Positions 1 to 12,250 of a stretch of 64,000 bases of DNA are shown here, piece by piece. Every line of letters begins with the position of its first letter. The first letter of the stretch is position 1. The notes beneath the pieces were generated by a model. It had not been told where the DNA came from and did no database searches. It was given only the letters and a program-made list of their open reading frames with translations. The translations under genes and the position numbers were made by a program. The stretch comes from Lama glama (taxonomy: Eukaryota). The DNA lies in contig CM052823.1 in the NCBI GenBank assembly GCA_028534125.1, forward strand, positions 86,924,001 through 86,988,000, written 5' to 3'.

Positions 1-899
1 GACGGAACTGGACTGAAGGGACCCCAGAGTTTCTTATAGTCCAGCCCCCTTGTTTTGAAGGAATGGAGGCTCAGAGTAGGGAAGTGACTTGCTTTAAGTC
101 ACACAGCAAATTCCGAGCATAGTGGCTTGAGGCGTAAGCAGGGTCCTCTGGACACAGGTGAGAGTGGGACGGAGGGGGTTCTTGCCTTGTGGCTATTTTG
201 ACTGATTCTCCCCCCAAGGAAGAGAGAGACCTTTCTCCTTCCCCCTCGGGGAGCTTTGGATTTGACCCTCATGTATTGGGAGGAAGTTTTGCTTCATATC
301 TACCTGGGACAGCTACAAACCCACAAGAGTCCTGAGACTTGGGGTTGTAAGGAAAGGCTTCTACTTCTTGACTGGCTTCTGTGACCTGGGTAAATTGCTT
401 CCTCTCCCCGAGCCTCAGTTTCCCCATCTGTACAGTGTAGGTGATCGTCCTCGTCTCCTATACGGTTGTAAGGATCTAAAGGAGGAGGGCGGTGTGGGAA
501 GGTCTGGCATGAAGCCCAGCAGGTGTCCAGGGAATGCTTTTTTTAAAATTACATTCTTGCACACCGGCAACTCCGATCCCCATGGGAGGACGCAGGTGGA
601 GGGATGTGACAGGCGAGTGAACCTGGTGTCTGTGGGTGCCCAGGATCCACCTCAGGCGTAGCAGGACATGCTCCTCTGTTTTCAACTGGGGACCTCCAAC
701 AGCCACCCCTTCCTTAATGTGGAGTCACCCAGAATGACAGGGACTCATGTGGACGCAGGACAGAGTGGGCAGATTATTTTGCTAGGCAGGGCACTGGCCC
801 AGAGACAGCAGGGGACTTGCCAGGGGCAGCGCCTGAACCCAGGGCGTCATCCCTGATGGTTCCCGAGGTGTGGTCCAGCCGCCAAGGATGGGTCTCTCC

Positions 900-1400
900 C
901 TGACTCCCCAGGTCAGGGGCTGGTGCATCCTGATCCCGGCCCTTTTGGGGCCTCGCCCCCAGCCTCTCCGAGGGCTTGCCTGGCTCCAGCATCCAGGCTG
1001 ATGGAAATTGTGGAGGTGGGGCCGGCAGGGCAGGAGCGCGGGGGCAGCGGTTCAGGGCTGGAGGGCGCCGGGCTGGGCTTGCCCCGAGCGGCGCATTCCT
1101 CACACACGCCCTGGATGCCGGAATGTCCACTGAGCTGCGAAGGAAATGCTGGCAGGACAATAGAGCCTCGGGCGGGCGGGTGGGCAGAGCGCGATGGGCC
1201 GGGGCACCGGGGATCAGGCCCTCTGCAGACGTGGAGGTCGCCCGGCTGGGGCCGGGAGGGAGGGATGGCCGCCTGGCACGCCAGGGACCTCAGGGAGCAG
1301 TTTTCCGCGGCCCTCAGGGGCCGATCTCTGATGAGGCTGACTGAGAGGGCCAGGGACCCTCCTCGAAGCCGACTCCACGATCCGTAAACCCCATTGCTAT
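900..1400. promoter_or_regulatory. Intronic CpG-rich/GC-rich block, candidate regulatory element
   Basis: Visibly high CpG density versus flanks. GGCGCC at 1064-1069, TEAD-like GCATTCC/GGAATG at ~1093 and ~1120, CAGAC at ~1226. Confidence 0.45.
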
Positions 1401-1689
1401 CAAGTTGTTGTCTTGCGTGTGTCTACGGGTGGAGGCGGTGGGAAGGAAAGTGTGACTGGAACTTTCGTTGCCTGAAGAATTCATCACACGGATCCCTGTA
1501 TATTCATGACCCTTGGTTCTTTAACACGCTCCTTTTTATTACTAAATATAAAGTCACGTGTCATCACGCAAGCAATGTAGTTGTGGCCTCTTTATATAAC
1601 GTTCAAAATGTACTGATAAAGCCGTCATCTCCGTTTCTTCCCCATCCCGCTTTCCTCCTGAGAATTAGCTACTCTTAAACTTGGCAGGA

Positions 1690-2440
1690 TGAAAAAAGTA
1701 ACAAGACATGGTAGGTTAAAATGCATATATACAATGACGCGGCAAGTCCGAACGCTAGTGACAGTAAGTGTCACAAAAGCTCTCAGACTGTGTTTTTATA
1801 AATCCAGCTCTATGCTGGATTTCTAGGAGAGACACTCCTAAACAGAATCCTACAGGAAGGTTGAAACTAAAGAGAATGGGGGAGAAAAGACATACTGAGT
1901 CAGTGCTAAACAAAGCGAAGGCAAGGACAGCGGTATTAATATGAGGTAACATAGTTCCAAGCAAAAGAGCATTAAAAGGAACAAAGTAAATTTTACAAAG
2001 ATCAAGGGTTGGCAGACTTTCCATAAAGGGCCAGATAAACATTTTCAGCTTTGTAGGCTGTTCAGTCTCTGTCCCACTGCTCAGCACTGCCCTTGTGGCA
2101 TCCACAGACGATACGTAACACAACGCAGGTGACTGTGTTCCAGTAAATTTTTAGTTACCAGAGCAAGCGGTGGGGGCAAGGTTCGGCTTTTGCTGACCCC
2201 TGACATAGATCAAAGCTAAGATGGTCAGGAAGACAGAACAGAACGATCAAGAGTCTCTATACACTTAACGACATAGCTTTGAAATCTCTAAATCAAAGAT
2301 AGAAATAAAAAAGGGAATTTAAGAAACTCACAGAAGAATGGGACTTTATAACAGAGCTTTCAGAAGTTGGCAGATCCAGGAGAGAGAAATAGGGAGAATT
2401 ACGAACCGCACTGCAAGCGTGTTGGGACGTATGTGTGTGT
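1690..2440 (+). mobile_element. Old L1 (L1M-type) ORF2 endonuclease-region fragment, interrupted by MER58A
   Basis: A-rich degenerate L1 sequence (aatccagctctatgctggatttctaggagagacactcc; ...ggcagatccaggagagagaaa) resembling the endonuclease-coding region. Confidence 0.55.
2003..2202 (+). mobile_element. MER58A-like hAT-Charlie non-autonomous DNA transposon
   Basis: Terminal inverted repeats caagggttggca...tgctgacccctg. 8-bp TSD acaaagat (1995-2002) / acatagat (2203-2210). Internal aagggccagata...ttttcagctttg typical of MER58A. Confidence 0.8.
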
Positions 2441-3409
2441 ATCCTACAGGTGCTTGTCCCGGTGTACTCTGCTCACTCCTTGGATGTTTTTTAACTTTTT
2501 AAATTTTTTTTAACTCCTTAACTCGTATAGTCAATCTGATCTCTAAATGGGCTTGACAAATAAAGAGGAAGTAGAAGGTGCTGCGTACAGTCTGAGTTCC
2601 CGCTTGTAAAGTCCACCTGTCTCCCAGCATTAGCCACGCCCAGTTGTAGGCGGGTCCCTGCCCTGAATGAGCCTTGGTCTGTGGGGTGTGGGATGTACAC
2701 CCATGAAACGGGGGAGAACTGGCCGGGTCCTGACCCTCCTTGCCGACCACCTCTCCGTGGCTCCCTGTGCCCGCAGCATGCCACAAGGGCTCGGCCTAGC
2801 CAGTCCTTGCAGACTCTCCTTCCTCCGCGAGCCCTTCTGTGCTCTGTGATCTGGCCTCGGGAGACTGTTTCCACCTAGACTTTGCCCAGCCCTGGAGCAC
2901 CGCTTTCCCTACCCATCCCTCCCATTGCCTCATCTTCCCACTCGGCACCCTCCCCCGCTGGGTGGAAGGTGGGTTTGGTGGTCCACCCTTCTCCCTGCTG
3001 CCCCTCATTTATGATGCTCTTTGTGGTCCTATCCTCTCTTCCCCTGGCTTGGAGCTCTGAGGGCGGAGGTGTATCTGGACCCCTGATACCCCAGGAGACC
3101 AGCACTGTGGGTCTGGGCAGTGCCCGTGCATGGAAGGGGGCACCTGTGGAGAGACAGCCTCCCTGCCTGCTGCGCGCCCCGCCGCAGTGGAGAGGTCAGA
3201 CTGCATGTTTGTGAAGCCCGGAACCACCCCTTCACCAGTTGGTGACCTGGGATCGATCGGTCCGGAGTCCTCAGTTTCCTCCTTGTCTGTCAAATGGAAA
3301 ACTAACAATATTTGCCCCCAGGCTTGTGGGAACTAGGTGGCACACTCCAGCACGTAGCCAGCTGGCAGGACATGTCAGCTGTTAGTGTGGTGGTTCCCCC
3401 TTGTCCTGG

Positions 3410-3520
3410 GTGCCCTTGATCCCACTTCACAGATGGGGAATCGGAGGCCCAGAGAGGCTGAGGCCATTTGTCCCTGACACACAGTTAGGAAGTGGCAGAG
3501 CTGGGATTTGAACTGAGATC
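3410..3520 (-). mobile_element. MIR SINE fragment
   Basis: cccacttcacagatggggaatcggaggcccagagagg...acacagttaggaagtggcagagctgggatttgaac is the reverse complement of the MIR core. Confidence 0.7.
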
Positions 3521-3789
3521 CTTGATGCCGACTCCTGCGAGGAGATGCATGCTGTCCCCGGGGCCTGACCTCCAACACACCCAGACGCGCTGAGTCAGGG
3601 CCATCCGCGGTGGCTCCAGAGTGTCGCCTTCCCTGCTGGTCCCCCGGCCTGGCGCTGGGACCGCCACGTCCGTCCTATGCTAGGAAGTCGATCTAGTTTG
3701 GTCTCCTTCCTGCCCGTCATCCCTCCCTCGAGGAAGCCAGCTCCCTCACCACTGTGCCACGCAGTTGAACCCTCCGCTCATGGGATCGT

Positions 3790-3900
3790 GACATACCAGC
3801 CAGAAAAGGGGCCTCTTAAATCTTGTGAAAAACATAGATTCCTGGGCTCCACCCAGGACCCATGAATCAGAATCTCCAGGGGCGGGGCCTGGGAATCTGG
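3790..3900. mobile_element. MER5-like hAT fragment
   Basis: agattcctgggctccacccagga...gaatcagaatctccaggggcggggcctgggaatctg is a MER5A/B motif. Confidence 0.6.
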
Positions 3901-5534
3901 ACACAAGGGCCCAAAGTAGGGGAAACACGGCTCTTTTAACCCTTTTATTTTTTGGTTGAGGAAGCCAGGCTTCACAGAAGGGTCTGCGTTGCAGGGAGGC
4001 CCAGTGAGCCCTGGGGGCCTGGAAAGCCCTCTCTGGACTCTTCCCGGGGCTGCAGCTGCTGCCTCCTCCCAGCACTGTCCCCACGCCTCCCTCCTCATCC
4101 CCTGGCCCCGAATCTCTAGGAACCCTGTACAATGGAAGTGGTTGCAAATGAGTGTGCAGAGACCTTCTGGAAATGCAGGCTCTGCTCGGAGACTTCCTGT
4201 GTCTTACAATGTTATCTTCAGAATAGGAAACTTTGCCCCATTTTTGCAACGCACATCCTTTGCCTGAGAGTCTGTGGTGGTGCCGGCCAGCCGGGGCGGG
4301 TCCCTTCTCAGGCAGAGGCGGGGAGTTGTTCTGACAGCCGTGCGAGGAAGGACTCTCTCCCTGCTACCCACAAGAACAAACAAACAGACCCTTTTGCAAA
4401 AATAATTCATGTTGGCCAGACTCATGAGGATTATTTGTTCCTTGAGCCCAGTGGTACTGAGGACCAAGTCATTCGTTGAGAGACAGGAGCCCTCGCTGAG
4501 AGGCCCAGCCCTGCTGCCTGACCTCCGGCAAGTGATTTCTGCTCTCTGAGCCTCAGTTTCCTCTTCTGTAAAGGGAGGCGGTGGGGCCGCATGAGCTCTA
4601 ACTCTGACATTGAGCAGTCCCCCAAGAATCCCTTGGATTCCCCTGACCTCCTCCAAGCTTCTCTTTGAAATATGCATGATGTTGCTGTTGGACAGAATGT
4701 CCCCGGCACCCTGTAATTTTCTGAATTTCCACCAATCCAAGAGTGGCATGCCCCTTCCTCCCTCAGCCTCAACTCTTGAGACAGTCACATCACCCCCTGG
4801 GGTTGGCGGGTGGATTCCCCGAGTGACAGGTTCCATTTTGAATTGGGAGCAGGGAAGTGCCCCTCGGAGCTCCCCGGGAGTGGGATTTTTCTGCAGGCTT
4901 GCAGTTAGTGACTGGCCCCGGCGAGCACTTGCCTCCTATAGGCCAGCTGCAAAGAATGTTTACACTGTTTCTTTTATTCCCCTCAGGCTGGAAGTCTTAG
5001 GGCTATTTGGTGTGAGGGGGGAAAAATGTGTGTATAGCCCACTGAATAACTTGCAACTGACCAGAAGGAATGGTGTTTACAGAAACAACAACCTGTCTGA
5101 TTTCCTTCGACATTGCCACTGTCCTCTCGCCACTTCAGCCTCCGGAACATCCCTTGCCACAGAATTATGTGTTCTTCCAGGCGGCCCAGGTTGGTGTGCC
5201 CTTGCACACAGTAGGCATTTAGAGAGCGTGAGAGAGGAGTCCCGCCTCCCAAGCACATGCACTTCTTGCCTCTCGTTGGCACTTGTGTTGGCTGGACCCC
5301 AAACCCACAATGAGTGGTTCTTGAAAACATCCTACCCACTCTTTCCCCTCAGGGAATTTGCTTTCAGGGTTTTCAGGGTGGGGCTCCGCATGTTCCAGGC
5401 CTGGGCAGGGCGGCTCTCGTGGCTGGCCGGGTGCGGTCAGGAGGGGGCGCTCTGTCGGGGGAGGTAGAGATGGCCAGACGCTGGTGTGACGGACCTGTGG
5501 TTCTTCGTGGGTCTTTAGAAATAAGCGAGTCCCA

Positions 5535-5637
5535 GGGTGGGTATAGCTCAGTGGTAGAGCGCGTGCTTAGCATGCCGAAGGTCCTGGGTTCGATCCCCAG
5601 TACCTCCACTAACAACAACAAGAAAAGTAAAAGAAAG
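5535..5637 (+). mobile_element. tRNA-Ala-derived camelid SINE (Vic-1 type)
   Basis: GGGTGGGTATAGCTCAGTGGTAGAGCGCGTGCTTAGCATG...GGTTCGATCCCCAGTACCTCCA is near-identical to tRNA-Ala(AGC) with A/B boxes, followed by an A-rich tail. Anticodon stem is broken. Confidence 0.88.
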
Positions 5638-7825
5638 GTGTGAGTCTGCCTGCCTGTTTTACAGTAAAGGCCATGAGGAGGGAGAGGGTTAAACCAAGTG
5701 GGTACCCAGATTCCAAGAAGATCTTTCTGGTCAAACTGCAGGTCAACTTCAGAACCCATGACGCTGTGGCAGGACGTCCCTCTGTGGGCAGGACGCATGC
5801 GTGAGGCAAGCCTCAGCGTCTGTTTTTGTTTCTCTTACCTGATGGCAATTTTTGAAGCCCAAGGCTGGGAGGGTGCAAAGGGATTGGAAGGGAGAAAAAG
5901 CATTGCCAGTACACCTGGCTTTCCTGCCCCCCCAGATGAATCTCCCCCCACGAGACACAGCAGAGAGGCCCCTGCTAGCCTCGGGAGCACCTCTGAGGCT
6001 GGTTCCATCACCCAGTGGGTGCTCTCAAGGTCTTGGAGTTCCAGAAAATGTCTGGGATGCGCAGAGGGCAGTAGCCACAGAGTGGTGGTCTGCCGAGCAA
6101 CTCCAGAACTAGGAGACAGAAGGTGGAGGGAAAAGAACCATCTTCCGGCCTTTGGCAGGCTGGGTCTGACTTGTCGCCCACAGTCAGTGCCACTTGGAGG
6201 GGCTCTGCCTTCCTCTGGTGTCCTTAGGCTGGCGGGCTGCAGGGTAGTGCCAGGACAGAGGCACCCTGGGGAGGCTGGCGGCTCTGGGTCTCCCTGGCAC
6301 AGCTCCAGCCCCCACGTGCCCAGAGACGTAGGCGGTTGCTCCTGACTCGGTGGCCTTGGGGACCCACCCGGCCGGAACCTGCCATTCCCCTGTCAGTGCC
6401 GCCTCCCCGACTTGGCAGGGCCATCTCCTCGAGCTGGAGCAGCCTCTGGTATTTCCAGCTTGGCCCTCTGCCCACCTCTCTGGGGCCTCGCAGTCTGTCC
6501 TCTCGGGCCAGGACCAACACACCCTCTCAGCATGACGGCTTCCCAGCCTTGTCCGGGCCTCTTCCTGCCACCGCATCCTCCCTACGCAGAGTCCGTGGTC
6601 CCCTCACCTGGCCTGATTCTCAGAACACATTAGTGACCCCGCCGGAGCCGAAATGTGCTTCCTCCTAGGGAGAGAACAGGGGGCCTGCCTCATGTGGAAG
6701 TCACCAAGGAGGCATAAACAACCGGGGTTCCCCGACTGCAGGTGACGCCTGAAAGGTTTCCATATGGGGTGGGGCCCCTCCCCACCTGCTCTCCCGTGGA
6801 AACGCCCCAGTTGGCTGGGTCCCCTGGCCAAACGCCTTAGGAAACGCCACTTCTTTCAGATGGGCATGGAGATAACTGGGTGGCACGTTGGCGTGCCGGA
6901 GCCAAGGGCCACCACTCCTTCCTGGGTGGCCGCAGGAGGACCTGGTGGCGCTGGAGGTGCAGCCGTCGAAATGGCATTCCCCCCCCAGATGCACAGAAAG
7001 GAAGCACGGACAACTCAGGACTCCTCACCAACTCAGGCGATCGGGTGGTGGGTGATTGGCAAGGTTACTGTCTAGAAACCCACTTTTGTGATTTTCAAAT
7101 ACGCGATGCTAACCGGATAACGTTTCCTGTTAGAGGTCATTCGGAGATCTGCTTTAGTGAACAGATAAGAGCGATTTGTAATTGGTATTCCCGTTGTTTA
7201 TACAATGCTAGTAGCATAAACAGTCCTCCTGAACCTTATTTATATTTTGCATTTGTTTATCAAAACTTTTTTTTTAAACTTCAACCCAGCTGCTTTCGGA
7301 ATTATTGCAAGCTCTGGATTTATGGGTCCTAATTCACGGTACTTCATTTGTGCACAATAATTTCTCTCAGCAATATGCATGCTTTATCCAAGAGCCTCGG
7401 TGCTTAGGGTGAGGAAAGCCAAAAGTGCCCTTTCCTCCCCAGAGTGTCAGTGTTACAGGAAGACACGGTGGGGACAAATCGTTTGTTTGCCTTATCTGAT
7501 CAAAAGCAGACAGGTTATGGAGCATCGATAAAGCATGAGCTTTCAAAGAGCTTTCCTAGACTGTACCCTAAGGTGTGAAGTCCCCAGAGCTTGACTGAGA
7601 CTCTGCAGGTGGGGCTGACATACTGTGGGGCGTGTACGGGCCAGTGGAGGATGGAGGAGAGGAGGTGACCAAAGGATTCCTGATGGCAATTTCCAGCAAC
7701 CAACAAATGTTTATCCCTTTTTAGGACCTGGTAAGTTCCCTCTGTCGTTCTGTACTTCACCCGTCTTACAGCTCACCCTTGATTGGCATCAGCACTCCTG
7801 CGTTGCCTCCAATCAGGAATTAACA

Positions 7826-7957
7826 GGGGAGGGTATAGCTCAGTGGTTAGAGCACATGCTTAGCATGCACAAGGTCCTGGGTTCAATCCCCATTAAACTG
7901 ACTAACTAAATAAACCTAATTACCTCCCCTACCCGAACAAAAAAAAAAGAAAAGAAA
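7826..7957 (+). mobile_element. Camelid Vic-1-type SINE with TSD
   Basis: tRNA-Ala head, aataaacctaattacctcccc body, A tail. TSD aggaattaac (7815-7824) / aggacttaac (7958-7967). Confidence 0.9.
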
Positions 7958-8165
7958 AGGACTTAACGGTCCTACTTGGCCCAGGGGTGCAGCACTGATC
8001 TCAGGAGAGCTGCGCTCCCATTTCACAGTTGGATCTCACTGTCGTATGGGGCTGTGTTTCACACCAAGCCTGATCACCTTGTTCTGTTGCCCTGCACACT
8101 CCTTGTGTCTGCAGAGCCTTCCCGAAGGCTTGACCCAAAGAGGGGCTCGCAGGTGTGTCCTCTTT

Positions 8166-8353
8166 GCTGACTGCCTGGTGGAACCAGTATAGGCCAGAAG
8201 TTGATGCCCCCCGGGTCACACGCTGCAAAAAGCGATGGAAGGAAGAGGAGGTGTGGAGTCCGGCTGCCCTGGGTTCAAATTCTGACTAATTGGCTGTGCG
8301 ACCTGGGGTAGAGGGCTTAACCTCCCTGAGCCTCCATTTTCTTCTCTATAAGA
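8166..8353 (+). repeat. Local direct repeat, copy 1 (unique sequence plus MIR part)
   Basis: Aligns by eye along its length to 9255-9447. Confidence 0.9.
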
Positions 8354-9254
8354 GGACACAGGTGACCCCAAAATCACCTGAGCCACTTCACTAAACCTAA
8401 ACTAAACTGCAGCCTCTCCGGCCCTGTGCTCACCCAGCTGCTGATCATTTTTCTTCATCCAGTGAGGATAAAGCGAGCAGGTGAAATTAGAGACGGGCCT
8501 TCCCCAGCCCAGCCTCTGGATTGCCTCTTAGCTCTGTTTTGGTGTCTTTCTGGGTAGTGAGAATTCTCATAGGGGAGGGCTCACTGGCTACCCTCTTCCT
8601 ACGCACACACACACAGCAGCTTGCATGTTGGGCGAGCGTAGCCCCATTTCACAGATGAGAAACTGAGGCATACCAGGCTTTAACAATGATGGTTGCACAC
8701 AGGTTGGGTTGGCGCTGTGGGATGGAGTTGGGAAAGGAGACTCCTGGGTGTTTGGGGTTTCTGCTGTTATTTTTAACTCTGGTTTTAAGCGTCTTTCCTT
8801 GCAGCTATGGCCACAAGATAGGGCTGGGATGTTGTGAGACGCTTGATGTAACTCAAAGGGCCTGGCCTGTGAGTTCCTGACCGAGGAGGAAGTGGTTAGG
8901 TGGCCAAGAATGCAACCTGCACCTCCCAGATTAATTAATAATTGAGTGCTGGCCCCCGGCCAGGCGGAGCCGCGGGAGATACAGTGAACCAAGAGTGGTT
9001 AACTACCGTGGGGGAAGGAAAAGTTTGACTTTGCCTGTGGCTAAAAGGGAAATTCACAATGGCCATGATTTATGGGCTGAATTACTTCGGATCCTCCTTA
9101 GTGGGCCCAGCTTGGGCATGTGCTCCAGGAATGCAGACGCTGGCAGCCTGCAGGGCCATTTGTGCCCACGGGGAAAGGGGAGGGGACTGCAGGGCAGGCG
9201 CCAGCCTCGGTGGAGGAGGTGTCACACCCGTGGGAGACGGCAGGGAGAGACTGC

Positions 9255-9447
9255 GCTGACTGCCTGGTGGAACCAGTATAGGCTAGAAGTTGAGTGCCCC
9301 TCCCCCGGGTCACACGCTGCAAAGAGGGGTGGAAAGAAGAGGGGGTATGGAGTCCGGCTGCCCTGGGTTCAAATTCTGGCTAATTGGCTGTGTGACCTGG
9401 GGCAGAGGGCTTAACCTCCCCGAGCCTCCATGTCCTCCTCTGTAAGA
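9255..9447 (+). repeat. Local direct repeat, copy 2 (continues into MIR 3' part to ~9490)
   Basis: gctgactgcctggtggaaccagtataggc...ggagtccggctgccctgggttcaaattctg... is shared with 8166-8353. Confidence 0.9.
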
Positions 9448-11900
9448 TCTACTCACCTCCCAGGATTGCTCTGTGTTAAATGAGATGGGGGTGTGTGGAC
9501 GGACAGCACCCAAGAGTAGCTGGATTCCCATACGATGACTGGAGGCGAGGCCTCAGTCATGGCAGGATCATCACTTAGCAGAGCTCTGCTAGTGTTTGCT
9601 GGGCCCACGCGTGCCAGGTGTGTGCTGCTTGCTAAGGGAGACACGACTGATAATTTAACCTCCTGCCCCAAGAGCCCCTTCAAGCTTCCCTGTGATTCGG
9701 GGAAGGCACTCCTCCCTCCCCGTATCCACACAGGTCCCTGTGGCTGCAAACAGCCATCCGGAGCCTTCTAGAAGGCACTTGGGTCTTGCCATCGGTGGGG
9801 CTGAGCCCACATGTCTCCCCGGAGCCCCTTGTCTTTCCTGGAAGACACTAAGGATTATGGGTTGGATTGTGGCACATAAACCTCATGCCCCTCTCAGCCT
9901 TGGGAACAGAAGCCCAAACAGAAAGCACAGCTGACAGTTGTAATGAACTCTCCTGCATTATTGCTGCGCTGACTTGAGTTGTGCAGTGTGTATCCAGACA
10001 GGGGCTAAAGAATTACTTTGAGAAATAGGAAGCCATTACTGAACTGGCAGCTGGCTTTCCCAAGACGCTTGGCAGGAGGCAGGGACAGTGGGAAGGAGTA
10101 CCTTTGGCCTCAGCAGACGTGGATGAGTCCTGATCCTGCCTTCTGGTTAGCCCGGTGGGCAGTCACCCCGCCTCTCTGAGCTTTATGTTCCATAACCTGA
10201 AACGGGGTCATTTATGAATGGGCTGGGAGAATTGGAAGATCCCCCACCCTCCACAGTTAGAAACAGCATCGCAAGGTCACCTTGGATAGGGGTAGCGTCT
10301 CCTTCTTGGCTTGGGCTACAGGGGCGGTGGGAACCAAGCTTGGCCTCCTTTTGCTTTGGAAACCGGTCTTGGTCTTGGACTTGAGGCTTGGGGCACTGTG
10401 GGGCTGTGTCTACCTGCCAGCCTGATGGGATGGGTGGACTGCCTGGCCCCCTCTCTTCTCCCCACCTTCGGCTCCAGATCAAACAAGCCACCCCTTTGCA
10501 GGCAGCTTGGAGCTTGGGCGTGGACGGTGTGTAGTAGCTTCAGCCGCGCACAGTAGCGCAGCCACGAACAGGGGACCGGTTCGCAAGGGTGAGCCGCTGC
10601 CAAGCCCTAGGTCATTTTGCAGCATTTTTGCAGGGAACGTTTAAATCTCATGTTACTGTGTCCTTTACAGCAAATATGAGTATTTATGCTCAATGATCTC
10701 TCCAGTCAATATTAGCCTTTTGCTTATTATAAAAGCCCTCCTGTTTGTTCCAGAAATGAGTAAGAGTGATCCAGGCAACCCTCCCTTTAAGAAAATCCAG
10801 TACGTAGGACTCTGCATTCACAAAAGAGGCGTGGATTATGTACCTTTGTGTTACAAAAGGTTATTTTAAAGGGAAGGATTTAATGCAAGGATTACTTTTC
10901 AATTGAATGCCCCCAGCCCTGGGACCTTGATTTGGGGGAGTTTAATCCCAAAGTGCGTCTTGAATGTAAATAAGGCAGGTGTATTTGACTTGCAAAGCTC
11001 ACGTGACACTGACTCGTTAGTAAATAACAACAGGCCGGTGCAAGACGAGGCTTATTTTTGAGAACTTTGCAAATAAGGAAAACGAGCTCCCCACCCCGTT
11101 TTTGGCTCTTCCCTATTCTGTTCACCTTCATAGACTTAGCAAGCCGGAGACATGAAACCCACCCCCAGTGCCAGATGAGATGAGTCTGGGCTTTAGGCAA
11201 TTTTTTTTTTTAAGCCACTGAAACAGGCCTGGCACGTAGCAAGCTCGTCTGGCATTCCACTGGCCGGGCTACATCCTGAGGGTCAGCCAGCAGGGATGCA
11301 GGATGCCACTTCTCCCTGTCGGTGTCCTGGCCTCTGAGCCTCAGTAGTGTCATCTGTTCCGTGGGAACAGTTCTGCTGCGTCTTTTTCACACGTGGGGAA
11401 AGCCCGATGATTTCCCAAGTGCCCTCCCAGCTCTCGAATATGAAATTCCATCCCAGTCCTGCTGTTGAGAGCACCCTCGTCAGCCAGTGTGGTGCCGGGC
11501 CCTGGGGGAGGAGGGGCAGAGGTGAGTGACGCCTCATCCCAGGTCAGCCTGCTCGCAGGTGGGTGCGGTGGAGACACATGCCCTCCTGGTGACAGCATCA
11601 AAGAGTGTCACAGAGGAGGGGCCCTGTGAGTCAGACCCAGGCTTTTTAAAGGAGGTGACATCAGGGTCTTGACGGTTGGGTAAGGGTCTGACAGACTTTG
11701 GGGGATGAGGAAGGAAACGTGTATTCATCAAGTGCCAGTTACTGCTGTTAGGCCCCTTGTGACCCCCACCCCCACCCCACCCACGCCTTCCAGTGAGTTA
11801 CGCCGGCTTCATGGGTGTCCAGCCTGTGCCCCACCCAGGGCCCCCGCGCAGAAGGGGACTCCGCTCAATTTAATGCTCTTCTTTCACCATTGAAACCCTG

Positions 11901-12203
11901 AATAAGTTCACTTGTGTCTTTTTGAGATTCCCCATATAAGTGATATCATATGGTATCTGTCATTCTTTTTCTGACTTACTTCACTTACTGTGATCATCTC
12001 TAAGGCCACCCTTGCAGAGACATGCTGCTATAGATAAAGTAGATAAGCAACAGGGGCCTACTTATAGCACAGGGGACTATATTCAATACCTTGTAAAACC
12101 TATAATGAAAAAGCACATGAAAAGGTATATATATATATATATATAAAAAACTGAATCACTGTGCTGTACACCAGAAACTAACACAACATTGTAAATTGAT
12201 TAT
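11901..12203 (+). mobile_element. 5'-inverted L1 3' end (inverted part 11901-12017, sense part 12014-12203)
   Basis: 11901-12017 is the reverse complement of the segment seen in sense at ~14955-15072. 12014-12203 matches the sense segment at ~15167-15325. Confidence 0.8.
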
Positions 12204-12205
12204 CC

Positions 12206-12250
12206 TTTTTTTTTTTTAATAGAGGTACTGGGGATTGAACCCAGGACCTT
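12206..12250 (-). mobile_element. 5'-truncated Vic-1-type SINE fragment
   Basis: T run then aatagaggtactggggattgaacccaggacctt, the reverse complement of the SINE B-box/3' end. Confidence 0.8.

Noticed and set aside
4610-5467. 285-aa ORF and other long track ORFs (e.g. 5698-6345, 12552-13268, 22602-23351)
   Set aside because: No recognisable domain, low-complexity composition typical of GC-rich non-coding frames, many non-ATG starts, and no exon structure.
5537-5608. Functional tRNA-Ala(AGC) gene
   Set aside because: Extra 5' bases, broken anticodon stem (CGTGC/GCCGA) and an A-rich tail without a T-run terminator. It is a SINE copy. The other copies likewise have acceptor-stem mismatches, tails and TSDs.
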